The notes under the pieces are model-generated. The model was given only the letters and a program-made list of their open reading frames with translations, was not told the DNA's origin and ran no database searches. The translations under genes were made by a program, and so were the position numbers. From assembly GCA_900128395.1 (NCBI GenBank), contig LT649236.1, positions 1-64,000 on the forward strand: a stretch of 64,000 bases of DNA, given 5' to 3'. The DNA is from Stramenopiles sp. TOSAG23-2. Its lineage: Eukaryota. Positions 36,000 through 47,216 of this stretch are shown here, one piece after another (position 1 is the first letter of the stretch; the number at the start of each line of letters is the position of its first letter).

Positions 36000-37088
36000 G
36001 GTACCATTTCAATAGGTTGTCTTATCCAACCATTCTTTAAAGGTGATTCCAAGTATGTATTTGAATTCACATTACCAACATCTAATTTATCTCGTTTACA
36101 TTGATCGACCATATCGATAAATCGATGGTAAAATTCAAACCCAAAGTTTTCCACACCATTTTTGATAAATTCAGGAGGAAGCATTCCAGCAATATCTGAC
36201 CATTGCACTTGCACAACTTTACATTTATTCTCATTAATTGCTTCTACGCGTAAGGCATAACACAAAGGACTTCTGATCCAATTTTGTGGCACAGGTAATA
36301 TTTTTGGATGAACAACCGATTTACTAACCAACATCATACGATGAGGATCAACAAAATCGAGCGTAACAAAATCCCGAATATTTTTCAAAGGGAGTGGCAA
36401 TTGATCAACTGTATGGACTACTTGTAACCATTTAAAATCTTTTGTTGGGATTGCTTCCACTCCATATAAATCATACGTATACGCATCTACGCACCATGTA
36501 TAATTTAAACGATTGTATAGATCCAATACAATGCTTGCAGGTGCGTCGATTTCCAATTGGTGTCTTACAATTTCGATTTTAGAGTTATGAATCTCTTTGT
36601 AAAACGCTTTCACTCCTTTATTTTCCGACAAAAATGTCCAAAGTTTTTCATCTGATTGACATATAAAACTCATAGTAGCAATTGTTTCTTGAGCATATGT
36701 GTCTTACAATTTCGATTTTAGAGTTATGAATCTCTTTGTAAAACGCTTTCACTCCTTTATTTTCCGACAAAAATGTCCAAAGTTTTTCATCTGATTGACA
36801 TATAAAACTCATAGTAGCAATTGTTTCTTGAGCATATTTATTAATTATATGTGCATAATCGGGATGATCTACAGATGGTAACGTATCCCAAAGTAATGGT
36901 GGGGGCAATGTAAGCTTTTCAGTATCAATATTTATCTTATTAGCTATTGTTGGCTCGTCGTCGAAAAGATCAGTAATACCACGACGGCCTTTATTTTCTA
37001 ATTCTCCTTTTCCTAAACCTACTTTATTCATATTTTTTGGCAATATGAACCGTGCCGGTGAGATTACAATCAATGGTTCGTCAGACAT
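35927..37088 (-). pseudogene. START/SRPBCC-like lipid-binding protein, frameshifted by a 139-bp duplication (intact 340 aa if one copy is removed)
   Basis: Track ORFs 36648-37088 and 35927-36673 share MSFICQSDEKLWTFLSENKGVKAFYK...IVRH. START-like motifs W......GVK.F, LPLPLKNIRDFV, LVSKSVVHP and DIAGMLP. Could be an assembly artefact. Confidence 0.7.
36560..36837. repeat. perfect 139-bp tandem duplication inside the CDS
   Basis: 36560-36698 is identical to 36699-36837. Confidence 0.95.
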
Positions 37089-37702
37089 ATTTTCTTGAAC
37101 ACTTTAAATATATTATAATATCTTTGTGTTTTTTTATCTTCTTTTATTGCATATATTGAAAGTATATATGTAATGCCTAAAAAAATAAAAAATAATCTAG
37201 TATTGGATGATTCTAAATTAAGGGCTATTTTAAGAGATAATAATGTTCGTAAAACTACATGGAGACCAATAGATGGATCATATACACATACTAGTATTGG
37301 TAATCCTAAAGGATCATATGCAATAAAAAATTCAGATTTAGATTCATTCCAATTCAAAAATACAGTATAATATGAATTTTTTTTTTGTGGCTCCTAATTT
37401 TTGAAGCCGAAGTTCAACAAAAGTTCACAATATTTTTATATAACACAGGTACACAGCATTACCAGGTAAATATAGTCTACTAGCTTTGGACAATTTTTTT
37501 TTGCCTCTGTCTCACCACATCAGCAGAGGAGAGGAGAGAAGAATAAAGCGAAAGGTATAATATCTTTTTTATATACATTTTAATTTATTTAATGAAATTG
37601 GATATATATTACAGTCGATATATTCATCAACATACTATATTTAAAAGAGATAAATAATATTGTATATCAAAGCTTATATATATTATATATAAAAATAAAA
37701 TA

Positions 37703-39047
37703 ATGGCAAAAACTGCTTTAGTAATTGGTGGAACAGGCGTATCTGGATATCGTAAGTAAAATTCTACTCCCCGAAGCCTATAAAAGATATCCTCTCTAAC
37801 ACATCATTCTTTCATATGCTTCGCTCCACTCCGCAGACGTGGTGGAACTATTGATTGAAAGGAAATATGATGTAACCATTTTACATACTGGTACTCATAA
37901 ACCACTACAAAAGATGTGTCCATGGTATTATGACAACAGCGTTAAAATTGTTTATTCAAACCCATTTAAAGTTGAAATTTTGAAAAAAGACATGACTAGT
38001 CTTTTAGGGGATGATTTTTATTATGATTTAGTTTTGGTTTCTTATGGGAAACCGGCTGATATTGCGAAATATTTTTCAGAAGGTACAAGAAGAAAATTTG
38101 GACATTGGATTTCACTACATGGTAGTGTAGTATATGATAACTGGGGGAACGGTGTTTTGAATAGTGTTGATGGTATTCAAGTTGGTCCTATAACTGAAGA
38201 GAGTCCTTTGTTAACCCCAGATGGGAAATTTAATTCCAAACCAAACTCGTGGAATCCAAAATTAGATCGGATGATCCTGACCGAACAATCACTTAGGGAG
38301 GTTGTTCCAGATGCCACCATCATGCGAGTTGGCGGTGTATATGGTCCCTATGATTTATTTCCTAATATGTATACTGCTGTTCGCCGTATTGTAGATAAAC
38401 GGCCATTCATTATACTCCCAGAACGATTAGCTGGTGTGTTTGGATCCGGTTGGTGTTACTCACGCAATCAAGCGGAGATGATTATATTAGCAATAGATCA
38501 ACCAAATAAATCTAAAGGTGAAACATTTAATGTAGCAGAGGATAGAACTGTTACTGTCAGACAATGGGTACAGATATGCGCTGATGCATTAGGTAGTGAT
38601 ATTGAAATAATTGAAATGCCTTATGAAATAGCTGTTCCAGGCTATCCGATAGTTGGAGGTACCGGCGGTGTAGAACAACCATATAGCTCAAATTTAAAAG
38701 CAAAAAAATTGTTAGGATATGAAGATGTTGTTCATGTAGTTGATGCAATTAGTGAAACTGCAAAATATTTAGCAGAGAACCCACCAGATGATGTAGTTAT
38801 TAGTAATCTGCAAGATCCTTGTGATTATGAAAACGAAGATAAACTTGTAGAATTGTGGAGAAAACGTGATTACAAGGCATGTATGGAAATGAAATGGCCA
38901 AAGCCTTATGGGTTTGGGCATTTTTATTACGGTCCAAAGTACAATCCTGGTGATGGGGACGTCGCTGGTGATATGGAAGCTAAATATGCTGGAAAGTATG
39001 ATCCTTTTAAATTAAAACGTGTTACCACATCGTCTTCAAAATTGTAA
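37703..39047 (+). CDS. NAD-dependent epimerase/dehydratase (extended SDR-like); exons 37703-37751 and 37837-39047, ~419 aa
   Basis: Exon 1 supplies the Rossmann motif MAKTALVIGGTGVSG; splicing gives GYHVVELLIERKYDVTILHTG. Later motifs MRVGGVYGP, GETFNVA and KAKKLLGY. Confidence 0.9.
37752..37836 (+). other. spliceosomal intron (85 nt)
   Basis: GTAAGT at 37752, CTAAC at 37796-37800, CAG ending 37836; restores the frame and the GGTG motif. Confidence 0.92.
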
Positions 39048-39399
39048 AAATCATTATTCGTACAAAGTATAAAATAAATTTTTTTAATATAATTATACGA
39101 GTTCGTATTATTTTTTAAAGTAATGGTTAAAATTTAAGTTATAATATTTTTACACTTCTCGTGTTAAAGTAATATGCTCAATACTCAATCGCAAGAATAA
39201 TATGTTATCCTACTATAGTAAAGCTCTAATGCACCTCTGCAAACTAATACTCTATAAATATTATAAAATAATAATACGATTCGTACGACGTATTTAAATT
39301 AAGTACACGTCGTACACAGGCTGAGATTCGTACGAGTGTAATGATACTAGTACCGCAAGGAGAGGAAAGCTTTAAATTTTTTTTTTAATTTTAGGTGCG

Positions 39400-40791
39400 T
39401 TATAAATTGTTTCTTTCACCTCTCTTTATTTTTTTACCATTCAATTCTTCATCAATTCTTTCTCTTGCATATCGGTTTGTACCCACGCAAATACTCTGTT
39501 TTAATTGCTCCCATAATGTATTCAAATCAATTTTACCTTGCTTAATTGCTTTAAATAATTTCAAGTCACGTTCAGAATGTGTAGGTGCAACTTCTTCCAT
39601 TTCATTTATTCTTTTCCATTTCTCATATTCTGTTTCTTGATTTTCGTCATCCTTTTCTTTTCCACCACTATCATCATCGATATTTTCCTGATCTTTATCG
39701 TGTTTTAGATTTGGAAGCACAATAGTTCTACCAAAGACACCGTAGATATCCTCAATTTCTGGATGATTTTCTACATACAAAAGTGTCTCTTCCAAAGATA
39801 TTTCGCCGTCATCATCTTCATCAATACGCTTAAACAATGCATTTATATGAGTTTCACATAATTCTAATAAATGTGCATCTACCTCAACCGTTAAACTTTT
39901 AATGAAAAAATGACACATTTCATCCTTGCTTATTGTACCATCATTATTAACATCGTATAATTTAAAGATAAAAAAAGTTTGCAAGACTCTGCAAGTTTTA
40001 AATAATAAAGCCATGCATAGTAAATACTCTTCCCACCTCCATAAACCACGTTCACATGTATCAAAAAATTCAAAAACACGATTGGAAAATAACGGATCTT
40101 CAAATGTAAACGTTGGTATAGCATTGCAAAATGTATGGTACGTTATACCATACGGTGTTTCCGACATAGAACATAAGGATTTAAAGTTGAGAAATAATCG
40201 CCTTATTTCAGTTACAGAAAACCCAGTTAATCGTCTTAATAACGTTACATTTTCTTGATCTTGCCAATACCCATGTATTTCATCCAAAATAGAAGAAGGG
40301 TGGCATTGTGATTTTGGAGGTGTATTGGAAAAATCCACTTTGCTCTCATCGAAAGTATGTCTTGAGCTGTTGTTACTGTTATTATAGTTGCTATTATTAT
40401 CATCATCGCCGCCATGAAACCTGTTTTTTTGAAAAGCTGCAAGTGCTTTTTTAGTATCAGCCACTGCACGTTCTTCTACAAGAGAATAGGATGCAATTTG
40501 AGCATTTTTTAAACGTACCCATAATGGATCTTTTAACGAGGAAGATTTTTGCTGTTCATCTATAACTATATTTAGCTTAGGCTTTTCTTGTGTATTTGGA
40601 TTACTATTATTATTTACTAAATACTCTTGTATGACATTTGTAATAGTTTTATTTTGTTCCTTGTTACTTTTACTTTTAGCATTTTGTATAACTTTTTGTT
40701 GATAATAAAATAATTTAGTTGATGGCGCTAGATATGATTTTAAATTAATTTTTTTCTTATTGCCCCCTATATGACGTTTATTAGTTTTCAT
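39400..40791 (-). CDS. EF-hand calcium sensor (calcineurin B-like/NCS type) with N- and C-terminal extensions
   Basis: TGFSVTEIRRLFLNFK, RVFEFFD, FKLYDVNNDGTISKDE and IDEDDDGEISLEE. Confidence 0.88.
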   Translation of the reverse strand: MKTNKRHIGGNKKKINLKSYLAPSTKLFYYQQKVIQNAKSKSNKEQNKTITNVIQEYLVNNNSNPNTQEKPKLNIVIDEQQKSSSLKDPLWVRLKNAQIASYSLVEERAVADTKKALAAFQKNRFHGGDDDNNSNYNNSNNSSRHTFDESKVDFSNTPPKSQCHPSSILDEIHGYWQDQENVTLLRRLTGFSVTEIRRLFLNFKSLCSMSETPYGITYHTFCNAIPTFTFEDPLFSNRVFEFFDTCERGLWRWEEYLLCMALLFKTCRVLQTFFIFKLYDVNNDGTISKDEMCHFFIKSLTVEVDAHLLELCETHINALFKRIDEDDDGEISLEETLLYVENHPEIEDIYGVFGRTIVLPNLKHDKDQENIDDDSGGKEKDDENQETEYEKWKRINEMEEVAPTHSERDLKLFKAIKQGKIDLNTLWEQLKQSICVGTNRYARERIDEELNGKKIKRGERNNL

Positions 40792-41507
40792 CTTTTGTTA
40801 TTTATGTGTGTGTGTGTGCGTGTGTGTAATACTTATATATTATATGTATGAGTTTGTGTGTTTCATACAATTTTATTATCGTCTCTAAATAAATTTTAAA
40901 CGTGGATATACTATCTATAAGAAGTTTTATTTATTACAAAATACTGTAAAAAAAAGTCTGTACGACGATGTGTAACGTCTACCAGTCTACAATTTAAATT
41001 ATTTAATAATAAAACACTTATTAAATTCTGTGCATCTTTTTTTTTTTATTAAACTCTGCAATGCTCTGCTGCTATATTATACATGTACCTGGGTACCACT
41101 TTTGGTGGTCTGGTAAGTATTTATATTGTATTGTATTGAATACTTGGTACATCTGTAATAGGATATAAATTTATTCTATACTTATTAGTATACACTCATC
41201 CGGATCGGATCACTCATCATCAAGTTTCTTTTTTTTTACTCTTTTTCTTCTTACTATTCTTTTGCTTTTTCTCTTTCTTCTTCTTCTTCTTCTTCTTTTT
41301 GCTATCCTGATCGTCTGATAATATCACTTTCTCGTCTTTTACTTTTTTTGGCCTTTTCTTTTTTGCTTGATCTCTATTATCATCATCCTCATTATTGTTT
41401 TTGTTATTACTTTGATCAGTAGCGTTATCATCATTATTAGTTTTCGGTTTTGTTATTGATTTATCATCTTGCTTTATATTTTGATTTACATATTACGTGA
41501 AAATAGT

Positions 41508-41852
41508 ATGAAACTACCAATGATTCCAAAGCAATTTGTCTCACCATTACAGAAAAACAAGAAAACGTCGATGCTGAAAGGGAGTAAATCCATTTATCAT
41601 CCTAGTTATGTATCAAGTGCAGCCTCCAGTATGTATAGCGATAGCTTAAATGGTTCATATGCATCTGGCCCGGGTAGTCGACAGTTTTCACGGCATTCAA
41701 CTAAATATAATAATACATCAACAAGGGGAAGTAATAAGATGATGATGAAGTTTAAGATGAATGCATCAACAAATTTACATCGTAGAACAAGAGCTGTAAT
41801 CGGTCGAAAAATAGATTTACCAAAACCACCATTTCCAATTTCCACTTGGTAA
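41508..41852 (+). CDS. hypothetical Ser/Lys-rich protein, possibly frameshifted at the 3' end
   Basis: ATG at 41508 (MKLPMIPK). Coding-like sequence continues past the stop in other frames up to ~41984. Confidence 0.4.
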   Translation: MKLPMIPKQFVSPLQKNKKTSMLKGSKSIYHPSYVSSAASSMYSDSLNGSYASGPGSRQFSRHSTKYNNTSTRGSNKMMMKFKMNASTNLHRRTRAVIGRKIDLPKPPFPISTW

Positions 41853-42281
41853 AAAGAAAAGGAGAGGGGGGACTGAATAATATTAAAAGAGACAAAAGGG
41901 TTTCGTAAAAGAGAAGAACAAGAAGGGGAGAAATTTCGTATTTTCGTACCACCGAAGAGAGAAAAACCACCAAATCTTCGATAAAAATTACGACACACGT
42001 ACAAATAATACGGCTCGTATAATATTTATCATATCAAGATATGATATCATAATAATTTTTAAGTTTACGCATGTAATATTTATATTTTATGATATTTTAA
42101 ATAAAATAAATTAGGCGTAAACTTATTATATATACGGTGATTTTATGTACCACATGTTTTAAAATTCAAATGCCATATTTTAATATAATATTTTACGAAG
42201 TATAATTGATATGATATATCATATATATATCATATATCCAAAATTTTAAAAATGCCCACATGTGCGTCGTATTTTTACTCG

Positions 42282-45200
42282 TCATCCCCATCCAGGCATT
42301 ACCCCTTCATCTCCTGCTCTTGCACTTCTAGTGACATCAAAATCCCACATTGTAACATTAAAATATTGTACCTCATGTGTTTCTACTTTTGTTTTATGAT
42401 GTTTTAATAACCTGCGTTCTCTATCCCAACGATTTGCTTCATCTTGTTCTTCTGGTTTGATACTTGATAAAATCAACGAGTATTCTAAATCAACTTCCAG
42501 TCCAAACTGTTTTCTTATTTTGCTAACTTCTTTGTTTGGCATAAAACGCTTTGCGCCAATAATTGCAGCGCCACAGCCGCAACAAAGCAATGCAAGGGAT
42601 ATATTTAGCCATGTCAAAACAATCCAATATACAGGACCGAAAACGTTACAACAGGCTACATCATGGAATTGAAAATATATTTCATTTAATGCTTTGCAAT
42701 CAATCACTTGCCCTAAATCCAAAGTGTTGTTGGCTACAGCATAGCCGATTGATTCCCCACCTCGTTTGACAGCGTTTTTAAATTCACTTTTAAAAGTAAA
42801 ATCGCCGAAGGTGTTTGGATTTTCCATAGCATCGTCAACCATTGTTTTAATATTGCTATTCATATCTTTACTGGTACGTTTCCACTGCGCGGCGAAGCCA
42901 TAGGTAGTATCGCAATTACTTGCAACGTCTCTCATAAGTGCAGGTACATCAACATTGAATTCAAATGGTGATGCATTTATTTTACATAAAGTACTACTAT
43001 TTAAAGTCCCTCCAATTGCTTGGCAAAGTAATGGATTTAATGCAGTAAATGTTTTAGCACTGCTTACACCCAAGGATAAACACGCATCTGCCGTAAATAT
43101 TGACAAGGGAAATAATGCTGCGCCAAAAGTTAATAATATAACGCCTGCCATTATACTCATGATGTATGATGTACATAGCCCGCATGAGCAGCAGTGACAT
43201 TTTGTAGAGCGATAGTGACAAAATCCGAAACATTGTAATCTGTGAGTGAGTGTGTGTGTGTGTGTATAGTTTTATGTTAGTCAACAATAATTTTTTTAAT
43301 ATGTATAAGGATCATAAGTGAAAAAAACTAAATGAACTTACATTGTAACAACAACTAATGCCACTGGAAAGCCATATAGCAACGCAGGAAAGTCTTGGAC
43401 AGAAAAGTCAATTGCAACATTAAATTCAGACCTTGGAACGGATGGACTTTGCATGTAATATGCCCACGTATTTTTCAGGCACTCATTTGTGTAACAAAAT
43501 GAACCATCTACGCGATCGTTACGAACACCTTCAGATGATGTTCTGCCATTGTATAAGTCTATCTTTGTATTATATGTGCCGAAATTTAAATCTTCATTTA
43601 TTTTATACAATTTCATTAAATAATGTGCACCACCAAGCGGTATAATGGTACTGCCTTTATCTTCGATCCTTTCAGCCCTCTTTGAATTGGCCCCATTGAC
43701 GCTTGAATTACATGTCATGTTAGATATTAGCGTTGAATTTGAAAGATCTAGACAAAGATCGTAAAACAGTTGATATATCTGATCTAACGATTTTCCCATA
43801 TGATATTTGGCAGAAACGTCTTTCAAGACGGAAGATGATATAGAAATTGTGTAATTTTTAAGTCGTTTTGTTTGAAAACCAACAACCCAATTTATTATTG
43901 TTTCTGCTTTACTAATACTTGTGGCATTTGTATAATTTTCAATCGCATCTTTTAAATTTTGCAATTGTTCATCCGCTTCGTCTGTGGCTTTACCAGTGGA
44001 GGTGATGTTATATAGACTCTTTCTTACATTTTCCAAATCTGTTTTCATTGTCCCCTTTGCAGGGCCAAATTGGGCAAGGGTTTGGTTGAAAACAATAGTA
44101 TCTTCACGCAGAGTTGTATTTGGTTCTTTAATTTTAGATAAGCTATGCATCATTTTATAGAAACGTTTGGAATCAAATTTTATGTACTTTTCGTAATTAT
44201 TATTATCTGCATCAATTAAAGGAATGATGGATGATAAATTACTTTTCAAAAGCGTTATAGTTGAACGCAAAGCCTTTGCACTTGCTGTATTATTATTTGT
44301 GGGCAAAAATTCGTCAATTTTGTTCATTGTTCGGGTTATTATTTCGTTTAAACGAGTTGCACGTGATTTTAATGTTTCCGATGGCTTTGATACATAGGAT
44401 TGGTTCGTTTTTAAATCATTGACTTCCTTTATACCAACAGATGAATTCCATAATTCAAATCCATTTAATCCCTCAAATAAATATTGCATAGACATCGCTC
44501 TTGATAATCCTTCATTTCCCATGGCTACCATACTGGATTTTTTGCCAACCTCACCAAGAAAGGAGGCTTTCAACGTATTTGATAAAGTGCTAATCTGTTT
44601 CTGGAATGTCTTTGTTCCATTGTAGATATCTTTTCTTGAATTATTTAAACTTTCAACCCGGTCTGTTGCACTCATCATTTTCTTTGGTATTTCAAACAAT
44701 GTTTTATTAGCATGTTTTAACGTATTAACGAAGTCCTTTAAACATGGTCTTGCAGAACCAAGAGTAGACAGTTCCGCACTGACGGTTTTCATAAGATCAT
44801 GGTTGACTAAAGTTGTATTAATCTCAATGATTTTATTCACAAATCCAGTAATGATCATTTGAAATGTGTAGGTTTCATTTATTATTGGCAATTTACTCCT
44901 ATATGCATTCGCTTCATTTGCAGTTACGGTTGTATGGGTCAATTCAAGTATATGTGCTGGTAATATGTCTGCAACGCGTGAAATGTTATCTATTGTTGTA
45001 TTTATTATTGGCAATAAACTTAACATGCGTGTAATGTCAGGTGAAAAAGAATTTTTCAATGTCGTTTGTAACGTGTTGAGTTTTTCCATTATAACTGCAT
45101 TGTTACTAGTTGCATTATATGACAGTAAATTGTTCAATAAATAGTCAATGTCATTTTCACCAGGCTTGTTTAAGATTATATTCTTCAATAAATCTTGGTA

Positions 45201-46448
45201 TTGATTCATGTTTTCAAAATCCCTTTTAATCACATCCTTCACAATTGCATTATTACTTGTTGTTGTTTCTAAAATGGTTTTTGATTTTGCCTTTAAATTC
45301 ATTGAAGATAAAGTAATAGCATTTAATGAATTTAAAGTTGCTTGTAGTGTTGAAAAGTATCGACTTTGTGCATTCCATACATTATCTATAGTATTGATTA
45401 CACTTTCAACCTTTGAATTGCCAACTATATCTGTTTTCTTCAACGATTGCGATATGTCTTGAATATCTTTTGGTCTAGGTAGTTCTTTCATAACAATATT
45501 ATCAATGCATTTCAATGACTTCGACAAAAGTGGTGCACGAAAATTTTCCGTAAGCGTTCCATTTATTTGTAAAAGAAAGTCGGTAATACCATCGCTACCT
45601 AGGTCATATATCAACTTTTGTAATGTTGGGCTAGTTTTTTTCACCGTCGTAGCTATTGGATTTGGCAATTTGTAAACTTCCTTTCCTGAACTTACAAACG
45701 CAAGGATACCCTCCGTTTGGCCAGAATTGACCATCCATAAAATTAAAAGAATTACAATTGTTATAATCATTTTTGGAAACCTTTTTTCTTGTTTGGAATA
45801 ATACAATATTTTTCTTCCTTCATGAAATGTTGGTGGTATTTTTCCGCACTTACCTAAAGGGCAGTAACATTTATTATTATCCTCTATGTCTTTGCATTTT
45901 TTTAAACAACAAGCGAATCGGCATAAGCAAAAGATGAAAGGAAAAAATACACCTATCACACCAAATATTATGGCTATTACAGCATACAGCAAATATGCCA
46001 CAAGAATTTCCGTTATCCTATCAGGCTTATGTAAACCTATATCTTCGTAGTCACCAAAGTTATGACTGGTTGGTCTATCCGAAAAACTGACTAGTGGCAA
46101 AGTAGAAAGCTTACTGGACGAGGTTGGCTCTGGACAAGTATTTGTTTGTGAATCTTCCGGTACTGCCATATAACACATAAAAGATAGTGTGATAAGACTG
46201 AGAAGCACCCATACCATATTCAAATAGCCAGCATTTTTGATAGCTTCCCATGATTCTTTCGATGCTTGCTTAGCCGCTTCCCTTGCAGCCATAGCTGAAC
46301 GCTTCGCCATCTCCTTTTGTTCCTCCATTTGTTGATGTAGATATTCATGTGACATGACTTGTTTAGTATCATCATCTGAGTCAGAAGAGCTTTCATCTTC
46401 AGAATCATCATGTTTCACAGATAATTCTATCTCTGCCGTACTAGCCAT
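42282..46448 (-). CDS. prominin-like multi-pass membrane glycoprotein; exons 46448-43342 and 43239-42282, ~1354 aa
   Basis: Two track ORFs join across phase-2 intron 43341-43240. TM followed by FCLCRFACC, very large helical loop rich in N-x-S/T sequons, TM pair, second loop with DCKALNEIY...ACCNVFGPVYW, last TM then AKRF. Confidence 0.75.
43240..43341 (-). other. spliceosomal intron (102 nt)
   Basis: GTAAGT donor, GACTAAC branch, (CA)n tract, CAG acceptor; restores the frame VVT-I-LQCFGFC...MSIMAG. Confidence 0.9.
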
Positions 46449-47216
46449 TTCTTACCTTGTTTTGTATTTATAGAAAGCGAAGTATTTTCTATGTAGACAC
46501 ATATATATGTATATGTTTATCGCACATTTTAAAGAAGAAAGTTTGGTATACTATTACTACATGATGGTCTGGTGCTCGCTCGGCGTGCATTATTCTTAAT
46601 AATTTCATCAACAACAGCAGTTGCTTTTTAATTATTATAATATAGCCTAACAACTAAAAGTTCCTATTAATATTATATAGACTTTTGTGAAATGTCTAAT
46701 GTTTTACGGTTTACAATATGATAAAAGTTCAAATTTTCATGTTGATGTGTGATGATGTGATGATATAATATTGTCTGGTTTTGTCTACAGTATTATTATT
46801 AATCGCACATCAATAATAGTCATAGTAATAACTTTATTAGCAGGTAGCTAGCTGGGCTAGCTGGCTAGCGAGTCGTCATAAAAAGCTGTGTCCAGGCTGA
46901 CCAGTTGCCCAGCTTTTGTACTTGAGCGGTAGTATTAGGTATGCACAGTGCTATATTTATGTTAAAATAATACGTACAGTATACCTGGTGAGCTCTTATT
47001 ATTCTTATTATTAAATACGCACATATCGATGTAATTACTGGCACAGTTTCAGAAGAGATCATCGTCGATGATCGATCCGTTTTATATATTGCAAATATAA
47101 TATTATTCTTGAGGTTCGCCCCCTAAAAATATATAAGTTAGTATATTACGCCGCATGTATACAAAATATACGTGCAAAGAAAGAAAAAGGAAACACAAAA
47201 ACGTGTTGAAAATAAA

